Assembly: GCF_009914755.1 (NCBI RefSeq)
Contig: NC_060932.1
DNA from: the human T2T-CHM13v2.0 reference genome, Homo sapiens
Strand: one strand, 5' to 3'
Length of the DNA: 64,000 nucleotides
The notes below the pieces were generated by a model that saw only the letters and a program-made list of their open reading frames with translations, made no database searches and was not told the DNA's origin. Shown piece after piece: positions 14,760-28,862 of this stretch; within the stretch, counting starts at the first letter, position 1; the number at the start of each line of letters is the position of its first letter. A program made the position numbers and the translations under genes.

Positions 14760-16510
14760 ACCTGATAAGTTTAAAAAGAATGCCCACTCTAATCAGAAAT
14801 AGAGACGCCTACTACCAAAACTCCTATTCCAAATCATTCTGCACGTATAAGCCACTGCAATTACATCAGAGAAAGAAATGAAGTGTAAAAAAAAAATCTG
14901 CAAAGTTATGCACCTGGAAAACCCATGAGAATCAACTGGAAAGGGTATTAAAAATTAAAATTCAACAAGGGGCCTGTGTAGTGAACACAATAAATAAATA
15001 GCCTTCTTATATGAAAACCACACAGGAAAAGATTTCAGTAACAATCAAAAAGATAAAGTATTTAGATACAGATTTAACAATAAATATCTAAAAGCTATAT
15101 TAGCAAAAGGTTTTAAAATGCTACAAAGAAACATTTAAAAAAAGAAATAAAGGAAAAGACATGTCTTATTCTTAGACTCAATGATACAGTAAAAGAAATT
15201 AGTCAATTCTCTCCTTAAATTTTATAAATTCAATCTGATCCCAATAAAAACACAAAAAGGATTTTACTGTGAACTAATAATTCTAAATTTATACAAAATG
15301 TAAAAATCTAAGTTTTATACAAAAAAATAAATGTCTGAGAGCAGCCTGGAAAATTCTGAGGCACAGGTCAATGAACAGGAACAAATACTATAAGATATTA
15401 AAATATACTCCAGAACTACATAGGGTAAAATAGTTTACTACTGGAATATTAATAGATCAAGAGGAAGAGAACTGAGCAGGAAATGGAAATACAAATGCTT
15501 TTATAAATATATAAAAATATGCTCCACATTGCATACATAATGTGAGAAAAATCAAATTTAAAATATAATGACATAATATTTTTTCACTTTTCAGTGAGAA
15601 AAAAACAAGTTTGATCATTACATTGTAGTGGTAAGCATTAGGATATGCTACTGGCAACTGCAATTTGATAAATCTCTATGGGAGCATTTTTGCAATAAAC
15701 CTTAATAAAAAATGCATATACCCTTTGAACCATCAATTTCACCAGTAGAAATGTATGCTACAGATGTACTCCCTAAGAGGCTCAAAAAGGAGATAATCTG
15801 TAAAATGTGAGTTGTAATTGCAAGAGACTGGAAACAATGTTAATTGATAGAAGTTTGGTTAGATAAATTATGGTATATTTAAACAACAGAACACTATGCA
15901 ACCGGTTTTTCTTTTAGCAACAGTATGAATGTATTTTTGAGATATATTGACACTAGTTTCATAATTATGTTTTAAATCAACAACAAAAACCATGCCCTAA
16001 ACTTTAATCATGAATGATTTTTAAAATAGTTGGGGGAGGGTGTTGGTGGTGGAACAATATCTTTCAGGCAAATATCCACAATTCTAAATGCTTCCTACAA
16101 GCAACGAAAATACAAAGGGTGTTAGAAATATTTTCTAAAAGTATTTGAAAGCAGTATTGAAAATATCTCATTGTTCAGAAAAAAGTATCTTGAAACCAAA
16201 AGAACTGGGATCTTGTTAAATGCAGATTCTGTTCATTAGGTATAGGTATGCAGTCTTACAAAATGAGGTAGTTCTAGATATTTATATGAAATAATCTTAA
16301 AGACACATCTCTAACTTAAAAAAGAAAAATCAATATGCCAAACCAATGTGGATAATATCTCATTATTTTTGTAAAAAATAAAATAGGGATGAAAACTATA
16401 TACATGTACAAAAATCCACAGAATATCTTTGAAAAATACAAAGGAAACTGATAACTGAGATTCCTTCTGGAAAGGAGGATAAAGACTGAAAGAGTGGGAG
16501 GGAATCATTT
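14760..16510 (+). mobile_element. Old L1 (L1ME-like) fragments
   Basis: Degenerate ORF2 and 3' UTR motifs, with an unrelated insert at ~15902-16247. Confidence 0.65.
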
Positions 16511-16515
16511 AACTG

Positions 16516-16818
16516 TTTTTGTTTTTTGAAATACGGTCTCACTCTGTTGCTCAGGCTGGAGTGCAGTGGAGCGATCATGGTTAACTGTAGCCTCGACCTC
16601 CTGGGCTCAAGTGGACCTCCTACCTCAGCCTCTTGAGTAGCTGGGACTACAGGTGTGTGCCACCACATCCAGCTAAAAAAAAAAAAAAATTGTTTTTTTG
16701 TAGAGACAGGGTCTGACTGTGTTGCCCAGGCTGGACTCAAACTTGCGAGCTCAAGTGATCCTCCTGCCTTGGCCTCCCAAAGTGCTGGGATTATAGGTGT
16801 CAGCCACTGTGCCTGGCC
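16516..16818 (-). mobile_element. AluJ
   Basis: Full dimer. Confidence 0.95.
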
Positions 16819-16892
16819 TTCACTGTTTTTTTTTTTTTAAAAAAAAAACAAAACAAAAAACTCTTGTATAGTTTACTTAAAAAAAAATGTTG

Positions 16893-18255
<1,363 letters not shown>

Positions 18256-18420
18256 AATGTAAAAAAAGGTAACTATAATAATATCATTTACATATTAAAA
18301 CTACTGCTTTTTACCCATATTTCCACATGCTGGAAAAAAATAGAGGAAAGAAGACTTATAAAGCTAGAATATCTCATTATGCTTGCCTTTATTTTAATGG
18401 CATAGAAAAATGTAGACATA

Positions 18421-20748
18421 GCTCTCCCTCTCCCTCTCCCTCTCCCTCTCCCTCTCCCTCTCCCTCTCCCTCTCTCTCCCTCCACGGTCTCCCTCTGATG
18501 CCGAGCCAAAGCTGGACGGTACTGCTGCCATCTCAGCTCACTGCAACCTCCCTGCCTGATTCTCCTGCCTCAGCCTGCCGAGTGCCTGCGATTGCAGGCG
18601 CGTGCCGCCACGCCTGACTGGTTTTCGTTTTTTTTTGGTGGAGACGGGGTTTCGATGTGTTGGCCGGGCTGGTCTCCAGCTCCTAACCGCGAGTGATCCG
18701 CCAGCCTCGGCCTCCCGAGGTGCCGGGATTGCAGATGGAGTCTCGTTCACTCAGTGCTCAATGGTGCCCAGGCTGGAGTGCAGCGGCGTGATCTCGGCTC
18801 GCTACAACCACCTCCCAGCCGCCTGCCTTGGCCTCCCAAAGAGCCGAGATTGCAGCCTCTGCCCGGCCGCCACCCCGTCTGGGAAGTGAGGAGCGTCTCT
18901 GCTTGGCCACCCATCGTCTGGGATATGAGGAGCCCCTCTGCCTGGCTGCCCAGTCTGGAAAGTGAGGAGCATCTCTGCCCGGCCGCCATCCCATCTAGGA
19001 AGCGAGGAGCGCCTCTTCCCCGCCGCCATCCCATCTAGGAAGTGAGGAGCGTCTCTGCCCGGCCGCCCATCGTCTGAGATGTGGGGAGCACCTCTGCCCC
19101 ACCGCCCTGTCTGGGATGTGAGGAGCGCCTCTGCTGGGCCGCAACCCTGTCTGGGAGGTGAGGAGCGTCTCTGCCCGGCCGCTCCGTCTGAAAAGTGAGG
19201 AAACCCTCTGCCTGGCAACCGCCCCGTCTGAGAAGTGAGGAGCCCCTCCGTCCGGCAACCACCCCGTCTGGGAAGTGAGGAGCGTCTCCGCCCGGCAGCC
19301 ACCCCGTCCGGGAGGGAGGTGGGGGGGTCAGCCCCCCGCCCGGCTGGCCGCCCCGTCCGGGAGGTGAGGGGCGCCTCTGCCCGGCCGCCCCTACTGGGAA
19401 GTGAGGAGCCTCTCTGCCCGGCCAGTCGCCCCGTCCAGGAGGGAGGTGGGGGGGTCAGCCCCCCGCCCGGCCAGCCGCCCAGTCCGGGAGGGAGGTGGGG
19501 GGATCAGCCCCCCGCCTGGCCAGCCGCCCCGTCCGGGAGGTGAGGGGCGCCTCTGCCCGGCCGCCCCTACTGGGAAGTGAGGAGCCCCTCTGCCCGGCCA
19601 GCCGCCCCGCCCGGGAGGGAGGTGGGGGGGTCAGCCCCCCGCCCGGCCAGCCGCCCCGTCCGGGAGGGGGGAGGGGGGGTCAGCCCCCCGCCCGGCCAGC
19701 CGCCCCGTCCGGGAGGGAGGTGGGGGGGGTCAGCCCCCCGCCCGGCCAGCCGCCCCGTCCGGGAGGGAGGTGGGGGGATCAGCCCCCCGCCTGGCCAGCC
19801 GCCCCGTCCGGGAGGTGAGGGGCGCCTCTGCCCGGCCGCCCCTACTGGGAAGTGAGGAGCCCCTCTGCCCGGCCAGCCGCCCCGTCCGGGAGGGAGGTGG
19901 GGGGGTCAGCCCCCCTTCCGGCCGGCCGCCCCGTCCGGGAGGTGAGGGGCGCCTCTGCCCGGCCGCCCCTACTGGGAAGTGAGGAGCCCCTCTGCCTGGC
20001 CAGCCGCCCCGTCCGGGAGGGTGGTGGGGGGGTCAGCCCCCCGCCCGGCCAGCCGCCCCATCCGGGAGGTGAGGGGCGCTTCTGCCCGGCCGCCCCCACT
20101 GGGAAGTGAGGAGCCCCTCTGCCCGGCCACGACCCCGTCTGGGAGGTGTGCCCAGCGGCTCATTGGGGATGGGCCATGATGACAATGGCGGTTTTGTGGA
20201 ATAGAAAGGCGGGAAGGGTGGGGAAAAAATTGAGAAATCGGATGGTTGCCGGGTCTGTGTGGATAGAAGTAGACATGGGAGACTTTTCATTTTGTTCTGT
20301 ACTCAGAAAAATTCTTCTGCCTTGGGATCCTGTTGATCTGTGACCTTATCCCCAACCCTGTGCTCTCTGAAACATGTGCTGTGTCCACTCAGGGTTAAAT
20401 GGATTAAGGGCGGTGCAAGATGTGCTTTGTTAAACAGATGCTTGAAGGCAGCATGCTCGTTAAGAGTCATCACCACTCCCTAATCTTAAGTACCCAGGGA
20501 CACAAACACTGCGGAAGGCCGAAAAGGGTCCTCTGCCTAGGAAAACCAGAGACCTTTGTTCACTTGTTTATCTGCTGACCTTCCCTCCACTATTGTCCTA
20601 TGACCCTGCCAAATCCCCCTCTGCGAGAAACACCCAAGAATGATCAATAAAAAAAAAAAAAATAGAAATAAAATAAAATAAAATAAAATAAAAAGAAATA
20701 TATGCAAGCGATATTAACAGCTAAAAAAAAAAAAAAAGAAAAAAAAAA
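18421..20748 (+). mobile_element. Full-length SVA retrotransposon (young D/E/F-type) with 3' transduction
   Basis: (CCCTCT)n head 18422-18480, antisense Alu-like domain to ~18850, GC-rich VNTR to ~20145, SINE-R to ~20650, poly(A); perfect TSD AGAAAAATGTAGACATA at 18404-18420 and 20749-20765. Confidence 0.97.
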
Positions 20749-20960
20749 AGAAAAATGTAGACATAATGTATTTAGAAAAAGAGACTCTGATTAAGCCATA
20801 AATCTGAGAAATGGATTATGCAAGACATCTTATTATACACCTCCCCCACCTCTTCATAAACATCAGTGATGAGAAATAAACTACCCTAAAGCCAAAAAAG
20901 GTGTTAGTTTTACAATACCTATTAAAGAATAGCTTTCTTGAACATCATTTGTCTGATTAC

Positions 20961-21072
20961 CTGTCTTTGAGAGAGCTAAAAGTTCATTCAAATGTGCTTT
21001 CAATAAATTTAAACATTTTAAATCTTTGAGGCATTTCCTTCAAATTCATGGTAAATCAGGGGCCATTTAAAC
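20961..21072 (-). pseudogene. Fossil exon (112 nt)
   Basis: aacaacag| acceptor (weak pyrimidine tract), CAG|GTAATC donor; (R)FKWPLIYHEFEGNASKI then frameshifted NLLKAHLNELLALSKT. Confidence 0.45.
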
Positions 21073-22225
21073 CTGTTGTTTTTCTCACAGTAAAGTTCCC
21101 ACCACACAGTTACTAGTCTTGATCACTGAGCAACTTGCGACTTTCAAGCCAGTGCCTTTCTCTTGCAGGGTCTTCTCTATTTTCCCTTCCTGTCCTTTCT
21201 TTTCCTACTCTTGCCTTTTCTTGCGATCCCTGCAAATTTCTGGCACGTACCCCTTTCTTAGCCCTGCCTGATGTGTCAACTCCAGGCTTCCTCTCACTGG
21301 CCTTCCCCTTTCTGGGGAGTATAGGGGATTTCCTCTGCCATCTACCCACACTTCCCCAGCTGCCTCTCCAATCTGTCTGATCTCACAGTACCATCATCTT
21401 AATTCCTACATCTATGCACTGGCATTTCCAAAGCAACACCATAGATCTTTTACAAGCTTCCTTTTGAAGATTCTTATGGCACCATATTTTTATCTGAAGA
21501 AATGTGTTCCCCTTTCTGGTCCATCTTCCCACGTCTGCAATCACTACTCCAGGGACACTTTACTAAACACGGATGAAGTCTATAGTAGACTGAGAGCATG
21601 TGAGGATAGATCAAAGAAGAAAGTTACATTCAGAAGACAAATAGTAAAAGTAAAGAAACAGCATCATTGGCAAGGGTGGGGAAAATGCATTCTCATATAC
21701 TACCTGTACAATGGAAAACTAGTGAGCAATTTGGCCTTATCTGTTAAAATTTTCAGAAAGCATATTACTGGATACAATTAAATACAGTTTTGACCATTAC
21801 ATGTAACAAAAATATTTGAGCCTGAGCCCAAGGGTATCTCTAATCAGGACATTCAATGTAATACTGCTTGAATTGGACAGTAAACCCACTAGGCTTCACG
21901 TTCCATATAGGCTGGGGATAAATCTGTTTTGTTCACTGCAATATGCTTAGTATCTTGAGCAATGCCTGGTACAGAGCAGGTGTTCAGAAGATTTGTTGAG
22001 TAAATACATGAATGATGGAGACCTGAGGGTTGGTTTATGCCTGGACCTCTGCTGGTGTTCAGCAAACCAGGAGTGTATTTTCCATGTGGAATGACTTGGT
22101 GGCCATGCTGCAACCTGGGCCCTTGTGAACTGTTAACTAAATATTGCTGAACATCAGAGCAAATGCCAGAGGGATATGAGTACTCAGAGCAAACCAGTCA
22201 CAAAACAAATATGCTACTGTGGTAC

Positions 22226-22742
22226 CGTGGTTATAGCAAGAGTAATGCTGTAATACTTCTATTAGTACAGTCTTCTGGCTTTGCTGATTGACCATAGGTA
22301 AGCCAGATTTTTTTTTTCAATTCAACTACTACTACCAAAAGTCTGTCATCAGTGTATCTTTTTTTTTTTTTTTTTTTTTTTTTTTGGTTGGAGACAGGGC
22401 CTTGTTCTGTCACTCAGGCTAGAGTGCAGAGGTGCAATCAGCTCACTGTAACCTCAAATCCCTGGGCTCAAGCAAACCTCTCACCTCAGCCTACTGAGTA
22501 GCTGGGACTACGGGCACAAGACACCAGGCCTAGCTAATTTTTAGTTTTTTTTGTACAGACAGGGTCTCACTATGTTGCCCAGGCTGGTCTGGAACACCTG
22601 GGCTCAAGTGATCCTCCTCCTCAGCTTCCTGAAGTGCTAGGATTACAGGTGTGAGCCACTGTGCTTGGCCCGATATATTTTTTTGCCTTGTTAAGTATAA
22701 AATATTTAATCTTCAGAATAATAATTTTGGACTCTGAAATGC
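22226..22742 (-). pseudogene. Fossil exon interrupted by an AluJ
   Basis: Acceptor ttttactcttag|; after Alu removal one frame reads ISESKIIILKIKYFILNKAKKY/TDDRLLVVVVELKKKIWLTYGQSAKPEDCTNRSITALLLL*PR; weak donor ACG|GTACCA. Confidence 0.45.
22358..22670 (-). mobile_element. AluJ inserted in a fossil exon
   Basis: Full dimer. Confidence 0.95.
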
Positions 22743-23187
22743 CTAAGAGTAAAATATCCATCTTTATCACAGACCATTACTGAGAAAGGTATGTAACTTA
22801 GCCTTATGTCACACGCAGCTTTTCAGAGTTTGAGGAAATCATGAAGGAAAAAACCTATTGAGGTTATGATAAAATATGACCTTTGAAAAGCTTGAAATGA
22901 CATTACATCCTAAAGACACAGGAGGGCACTCTTATTAACCAGCAAAGAAAAACAGAAAAGACAGTGAAGTCAAGCTGACATTTTAACAATTTGTACTGCA
23001 ATAGTTGAATCAAGCACCGATAAAATGTTGAGGGCTTGTAATTTATAGCCCGAGATTTCCTGTTTTCATGTACAACCTAGGAAGCCAACAGGATTCTACA
23101 ACCATGTAAACTGGAGGAAGAATCCAACACTCTCAGATCCAAGGTGAGGATTAACCACGCCCCTTTCTAATGATTTCTTAAACTGAC

Positions 23188-23995
23188 CTTGGGGCAGGAT
23201 TTGCCCCTTTCAAGCAATCTTCTACATAATCTACAATTGCACTCGGTGTTTTACTTGTCTTCCACTGGGAGCAGTCCATGAATTCATTTCTTTGCTCCAT
23301 CTGTTTTCCCAGGAGAAATGGCAAGTTAAAAGTTTGAGCCAGTAGAAATGAAACAGCATTTTGAACAAAGGAGCAAAGACCACTGAAGAATGTATTTCGT
23401 GGCCTTCTCAAGTTTTAAAATTTGTAAACACAACTACAGCATGTAATTTTCTCCTTCAAATTTAATAAGTATAGTATAACAAGCATTTAAATGACCTTCC
23501 TTTAAGACTTTTAACAAGCCGGCCTCTGCAGAGCGCCATGGATTCTGAGGCACTCAGGCCCCTCCCAAAGGATTAACATTAATCTTAAAGTCACATTCAA
23601 ATTTGTGTCTCAGCAAAATTATAAATAATTCCATGTCACAGGGGTCAAATGTAATGGTTAAAATGGAAAGCGTTAAAATTGTGAATGCCAAGGGTATACT
23701 GTGGTTGCATAAAAAATCTTTGTTGACTGAATAAGCCAGAAGATTCTCTCCATCTCAGGTACTATCTGTAGGAAGTACAACACACAGGCTGCATTCTTGA
23801 ACTGCTTTGGATTATTTTATTCGCTTGACTCTTCATCTATTTAAATGACTGGGTTCCTGGCCATGATGTTTCAAACTTAATTTCTGTCAACGTGCTCAGA
23901 ATTTTTTGTTCCATGTTCTTTCGGTAAGGACCTTTGTGAATTCCAGTTTCTATCCTTAGCTGAACTGGCCATCAGCGTACTCAGTTAGGCTCAAT
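23188..23995 (-). pseudogene. Fossil exon with ATG (23972) and an RGS-like domain
   Basis: Acceptor ttatttgtatag|, donor AAG|GTCAGT; reads MASSAKDRNWNSQ..., later KQFKNAACVLYFLQIVPEMERIFWLIQSTKIF in the same frame (4 stops between), and FSGLCSFVQNAVSFLLAQTFNLPFLLGKQ...GANPAPR (track ORF 23178-23411). Confidence 0.6.
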
Positions 23996-24431
23996 CTATA
24001 CAAATAACAGAACATGCTCTAAAATGTGCTAATTTAAAAGATATATTTCTAATTTTCCTCTGCTTTCTAAAATGATTCTGGTTAACTGAAAATGCCAATG
24101 AGTTTTCTTCAGTTAAATAAAGCTGCCTGAATATTGCATATTATAAATACGGAAAGCCACTGAAATCCTCTGAGTTGGTATCTAAGAAGGAGATACCCAA
24201 GTATTACGTTATAATGGCATCCATTGTTTTCATGTGGGTGTGTGAAAAGCCACCAAGAGGGTGATGTGCAAAGTTAGAGAATTATAAATGGTATCACAGG
24301 AGCTAAATTTGGAAGATAAAAAATACTAACTTCAGCACCAAATTAGTATGCTCTGATATGGGGGCCTTTAGCTCATCAAGAAAGTCCTCAAACTTAAAAA
24401 AAATTTTTTTTTAACCAATAACCTTAAAAAC

Positions 24432-24733
<302 letters not shown>

Positions 24734-24889
24734 TGAAGATCTTAATTGAACCACACTTGCATTTAAAGCTAATTTTTAAAAATAGCCTTGAATATATTTT
24801 CTGTATGCACTCTACCTTCTTTTTTTTTAAGAGATAACCTAGGCATGGTGCAGGGTGCTAGAGTTCCTACCCTCACTAAATAACAGGGA

Positions 24890-25095
24890 AACCTGGGTTT
24901 CGATCTTGGCTCTATCATTTTTAATCCATGCTAACTTTAAGCCACTTACTTCACCTCCCTGAAGCTCACATTTTTTGTCTGTAAAATGGGAATACTGTCA
25001 CCTGGATCAAAGGATTAAATGGGAAACTACATAGCAAATACTTAGCACATTGCCTGGCACACAATAATTGCTTTATAAAAGGTAGCTATCATTCC
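24890..25095 (+). mobile_element. MIR
   Basis: TCTGTAAAATGGG...TGCCTGGCACA. Confidence 0.8.
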
Positions 25096-26456
25096 TTTTT
25101 TACTTCAATGGTTACTGCTTATTGTAATCTCTTTAATTTCACTCTTTAATCTTTTCTCAAGGGTATCCATAGACCTTGATAAACCTTCAGAAATTATTTA
25201 CCAATTATTTACACAGAATCTACATGGGGGAGGACAGACACACGCCAATAATTACAAGTGCTACAAATAGGAAGTATGCCATCAAATATATAACAGGGGT
25301 ACTTAATTCAACGAGGCCCTGAAGAAGTGTTATTTAGACAGAGATCTGAAATATATGAAGAAATTAGCCAGGCAAAAAAGAGTGAGGCAGGCAATGGAAC
25401 ATATTCAACCAAGTTAAGTGTAGGAGGTTATCCTAAGGGCAAAGGAAGATACTGAGAGGGTTTCATGGAACTCTGCAATTAAAACAACTTCCGGATGCAG
25501 AGGAAAGAATGAATTTGAGAGGGTTAAGACTGAATGCAGAGAGACCAGATAAGGGGTCTTGTTGAATTCCGATTACAAAGACAGTATTCTAGTTGGACTG
25601 GAGAGAAATAGAACCTATTTAAGAAAGCTGCATTTAGGAAGCAGAATCAATAAGAGGTGGTCATAGATTGTGTGTGGGAAGGGTACTCTGGAAAGTGAAT
25701 CTCAAAAATGAGAAAATGCTAAACAAAATGTGTTTTTGTTTCATAATTATAAATTTAAAACACAGCCTATTACATATTTCTGAAGCAGTACACAAAATTA
25801 AAACTTTTAGGCCATGGGAGGACTTATTCCAACCATTTGGGAGGCATGACACACCCATCTAACTTACTGAGCAACAATGCTTTTGGTATGTTGATGGGAA
25901 TTCTCAATTACATTTATCTATCAACTACCAAATAAATTTTAGTATGTAATACATAGTTGCAAAGTAAAGAGGGAGTATGAGTATCAATAGAATACTTCCT
26001 TTTCCTCTGAGACATCTTTGGTTCTTAATGGAAAAAATAATTTTCCACTTTTTTACAATCCCCGGTTTCATATTTCTAAATAAATTAAGCAGGAGGATTT
26101 TATGAGCAAACTAAAATATATGTAAAGTAAACCCTGGCTTTTTGATACCCTCACTAATGAGTTGTTATGGGAAAAACTATTTCACACTTCCCTGCCTTCT
26201 TAAACTGAACACATTAAATATAATTTGCTCTTTATTGAGAACACAGGGTCCATGCTTTAGCCAATAAGGTACCAAGCTCTTATGCTCCTATAAGCTGACC
26301 TCTTTCATGGAAGGCCCTGGCTTACTTATCCTTATCAGTTCAAGAGTCACGTTTCCAGGAAGCTGTCCCCTGACCTCCCCAATCCTCTGTTCTCTGAATT
26401 CCCAAAACCCTGAACACGCCTCTATTTCACCATGAACACAGTGAATTATAATTTCG

Positions 26457-26752
26457 GACCAGGCATGGTGGCTCATGCCTGTAATTCCAGCACTTTGGAA
26501 GGTTGAGGTGGGCAGATACCTTGAACCCAGGAGTTTGAGACCAGCCTGGGCAACATGGTTAAACCCCATTTCTACAAAAAAAATAAGCAGGGTGCAGTGG
26601 TGCGCGCCTGTATTCCCAGCTATATGGGGAGACTGACGCGAGAGGATCGCTTGAGTCCGAAAGGTGGAGGTAGCAGCGAGCTGAGAACGCGCCACTGCAC
26701 TTCAGTCTGGGCCCCACAAAGCCAGACCCTGTCTCTAAATAAATAAATAATA
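26457..26752 (+). mobile_element. AluJ
   Basis: Full dimer with (TAAA)n tail. Confidence 0.95.
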
Positions 26753-27091
26753 ACTTTGGTTTACTTTTCTATCTTCTTCTTAGGTTGCATGCTTCTGTAG
26801 GGCAACGGCTATGACTTTTAATTCTGCATTATTAAATGTGTAACACACTGACCCAGGGGTAAGTTGCTATTCTCAAGGTTTAGTGACCCGCATCCTTCCC
26901 CTTATATAAACAGATTTATACGGGGACAATTTCGGAATTGAATCCACTTTTAATACTTTCTCTGACTTCGCAGAAAACAGCTGGCTTTGCGGAATATATG
27001 CCTGTAGCACAATGATTATCAAGATGAGGGTAGGTGTGTTGTGTGGTTTGGCAAAGCATGTTCAGATAATTATATAAATGGTAAAAAATAA

Positions 27092-27214
<123 letters not shown>

Positions 27215-28057
27215 TGACAATAACTTGGCTGCACAAATATGGGTTTTAAAAGGTTGAGAAACAGTGTTTCACACCTGCCTTTCTACACTATGTTATTAAC
27301 TAATTGAATCGAGTTGGAATAAACTAGTTAGACTTGTGTGCACAATGAGTCAAATGGCTCAAATCAAAGGTCTGAGGAGCCTCCATGAACCAGGTGCTTG
27401 AGCTGTGTGATGTTAAGACTTCAGGTATACCGAGCACGCTTCATTCAGCCTTGGCTCATGAAGTCCCTACAGTCTTAGAATGGAATACCATATAACACTT
27501 CTCTGCCCATCTAAATCCCATGCAGGGTTTAAGACTCAACTTCTCCACACTCTGACCTCGTCCTGAATTCCAAGGGCAGTGAGGAGTCTATATAACAGGA
27601 TATTTAATAAGTGATTACGTTCTGCTGGATGTTTTTTACTGTCTGCTTAAATCTAGCCAGTCTCAACAACAGTAGGGAGACAGGATACTCAAGCGCCAAT
27701 CGAATGGAAACGGATTGTTAACAGCCTATTATAACCCTCACGTGGGAACCAGGACGTCCAAACCTGGTTAACAGAGCCCACAGAGTTCATGGGCGAAGGA
27801 CTGTGACAGTCAACCTCTTGTCTGAACAAAAAGACCCACTAACGAGTGAAAAAAGACCTCCTGGGAGGGATGGGGTGGGGGAGAGGGAATTCAAACCTTC
27901 TCAACAACAAAAAGCAGCTTTCCTTAGCCCACTCCACTTTCCAGCTCAATAATTGCTACCCCTCCCGTGCGACGATTCCCTGCCCAACGTAGGAAAAAAA
28001 GAGGTCCAAAAGGTTATAGCATCACCTTTGCCCTCTGACCTAGGAGCGAAGACTCAC

Positions 28058-28135
28058 CAGTTTCATAATGGACTTTTGGTGGTTCAATAGCAGTCACTGA
28101 ACTCCTCAAACCCAGGAAGCGTCTTCCGGTGCAAT
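28058..28135 (-). ncRNA. Putative first exon of the divergent - strand transcript
   Basis: ETS site near the start, consensus donor CTG|GTGAGT at 28058/28057; TSS approximate. Confidence 0.7.
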
Positions 28136-28157
28136 CTCCGCCACCTGCCAGCCGAGA

Positions 28158-28551
28158 GCATCGCGGGACTTGCAGTCTTTCATCCTCACGTCCCTTCCAG
28201 GGGAATAATGGGAAATGTAGTCTCCCCTCCAGGCATCATGGGAACTGTGGTCGCCTTTCCTTTTCCTCCCTTTCCTCTCCGAACGCCTCCTTCCGTCAGC
28301 TCAAATTCATCCCAGCCGCCAATGCATCCTCCCTCTCCACCCCAGCATGATATCATGTCTTCCTTACGGGCCTGGGGCCCATGGTGTTCTGGGATGTGTA
28401 GTCCCGACGGCTCCGACTCCCCTTTCCCTCCTCCCAAAGGGAAGGCGGATGGGCACGGGGCTTGCCGGAAGTTGTAGTTCCCTTGGCCCTCTAGGCGCCG
28501 GGCTCCGCAATTTTTCTCAGGGGAGGCAGGAACTACAACTCCCAGGGACGC
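28158..28551. promoter_or_regulatory. Cluster of six ZNF143/THAP11-type SBS (ACTACAnnTCCC) motifs
   Basis: - strand: GACTGCAAGTCCCGCGATGC 28158-28177, GACTACATTTCCCATTATT 28204-28222, GACCACAGTTCCCATGATGCC 28232-28252, GACTACACATCCCAGAACAC 28384-28403, GAACTACAACTTCCGGCAAGC 28460-28480; + strand: GAACTACAACTCCCAGGG from 28530. Confidence 0.85.
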
Positions 28552-28579
28552 CCGGCGGCAGCAGGTGGGAGAGGGGCTG

Positions 28580-28862
28580 TTGATATCAATATGGCGGTTG
28601 TCAGCCAGACAAAGACAGTCAGTCTGATGTGATTGAGACAAGGGAGGTTTTTCAGGGGGAGACTGGGAGATAGGGGCCTCCCCTCCCCCTTCTCCTCTTC
28701 CTGCGCCGGCCTCAACCCCTCCCCAGTCCCCTCCCGACGGGCGCCCCACGCGGAAGACACCCCTCCCCCTCCCGCCTTCCCTCCTCCCTATCTCAGCCCT
28801 TCGTACTGGGACGTTGGGGAGGGGGCTGTGCCGGGCGGAGAGAACTCAGCGAGGATTCTGAG
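28580..28862 (+). other. Putative non-coding first exon (5' UTR) of an unidentified + strand gene
   Basis: Starts near the YY1 motif downstream of the SBS cluster and ends at consensus donor GAG|GTGAGT; no long ORF; TSS approximate. Confidence 0.7.

Noticed and set aside
18288-20343. Many overlapping Pro/Gly/Arg-rich ORFs
   Set aside because: They are translations of the SVA hexamer, Alu-like region and VNTR.
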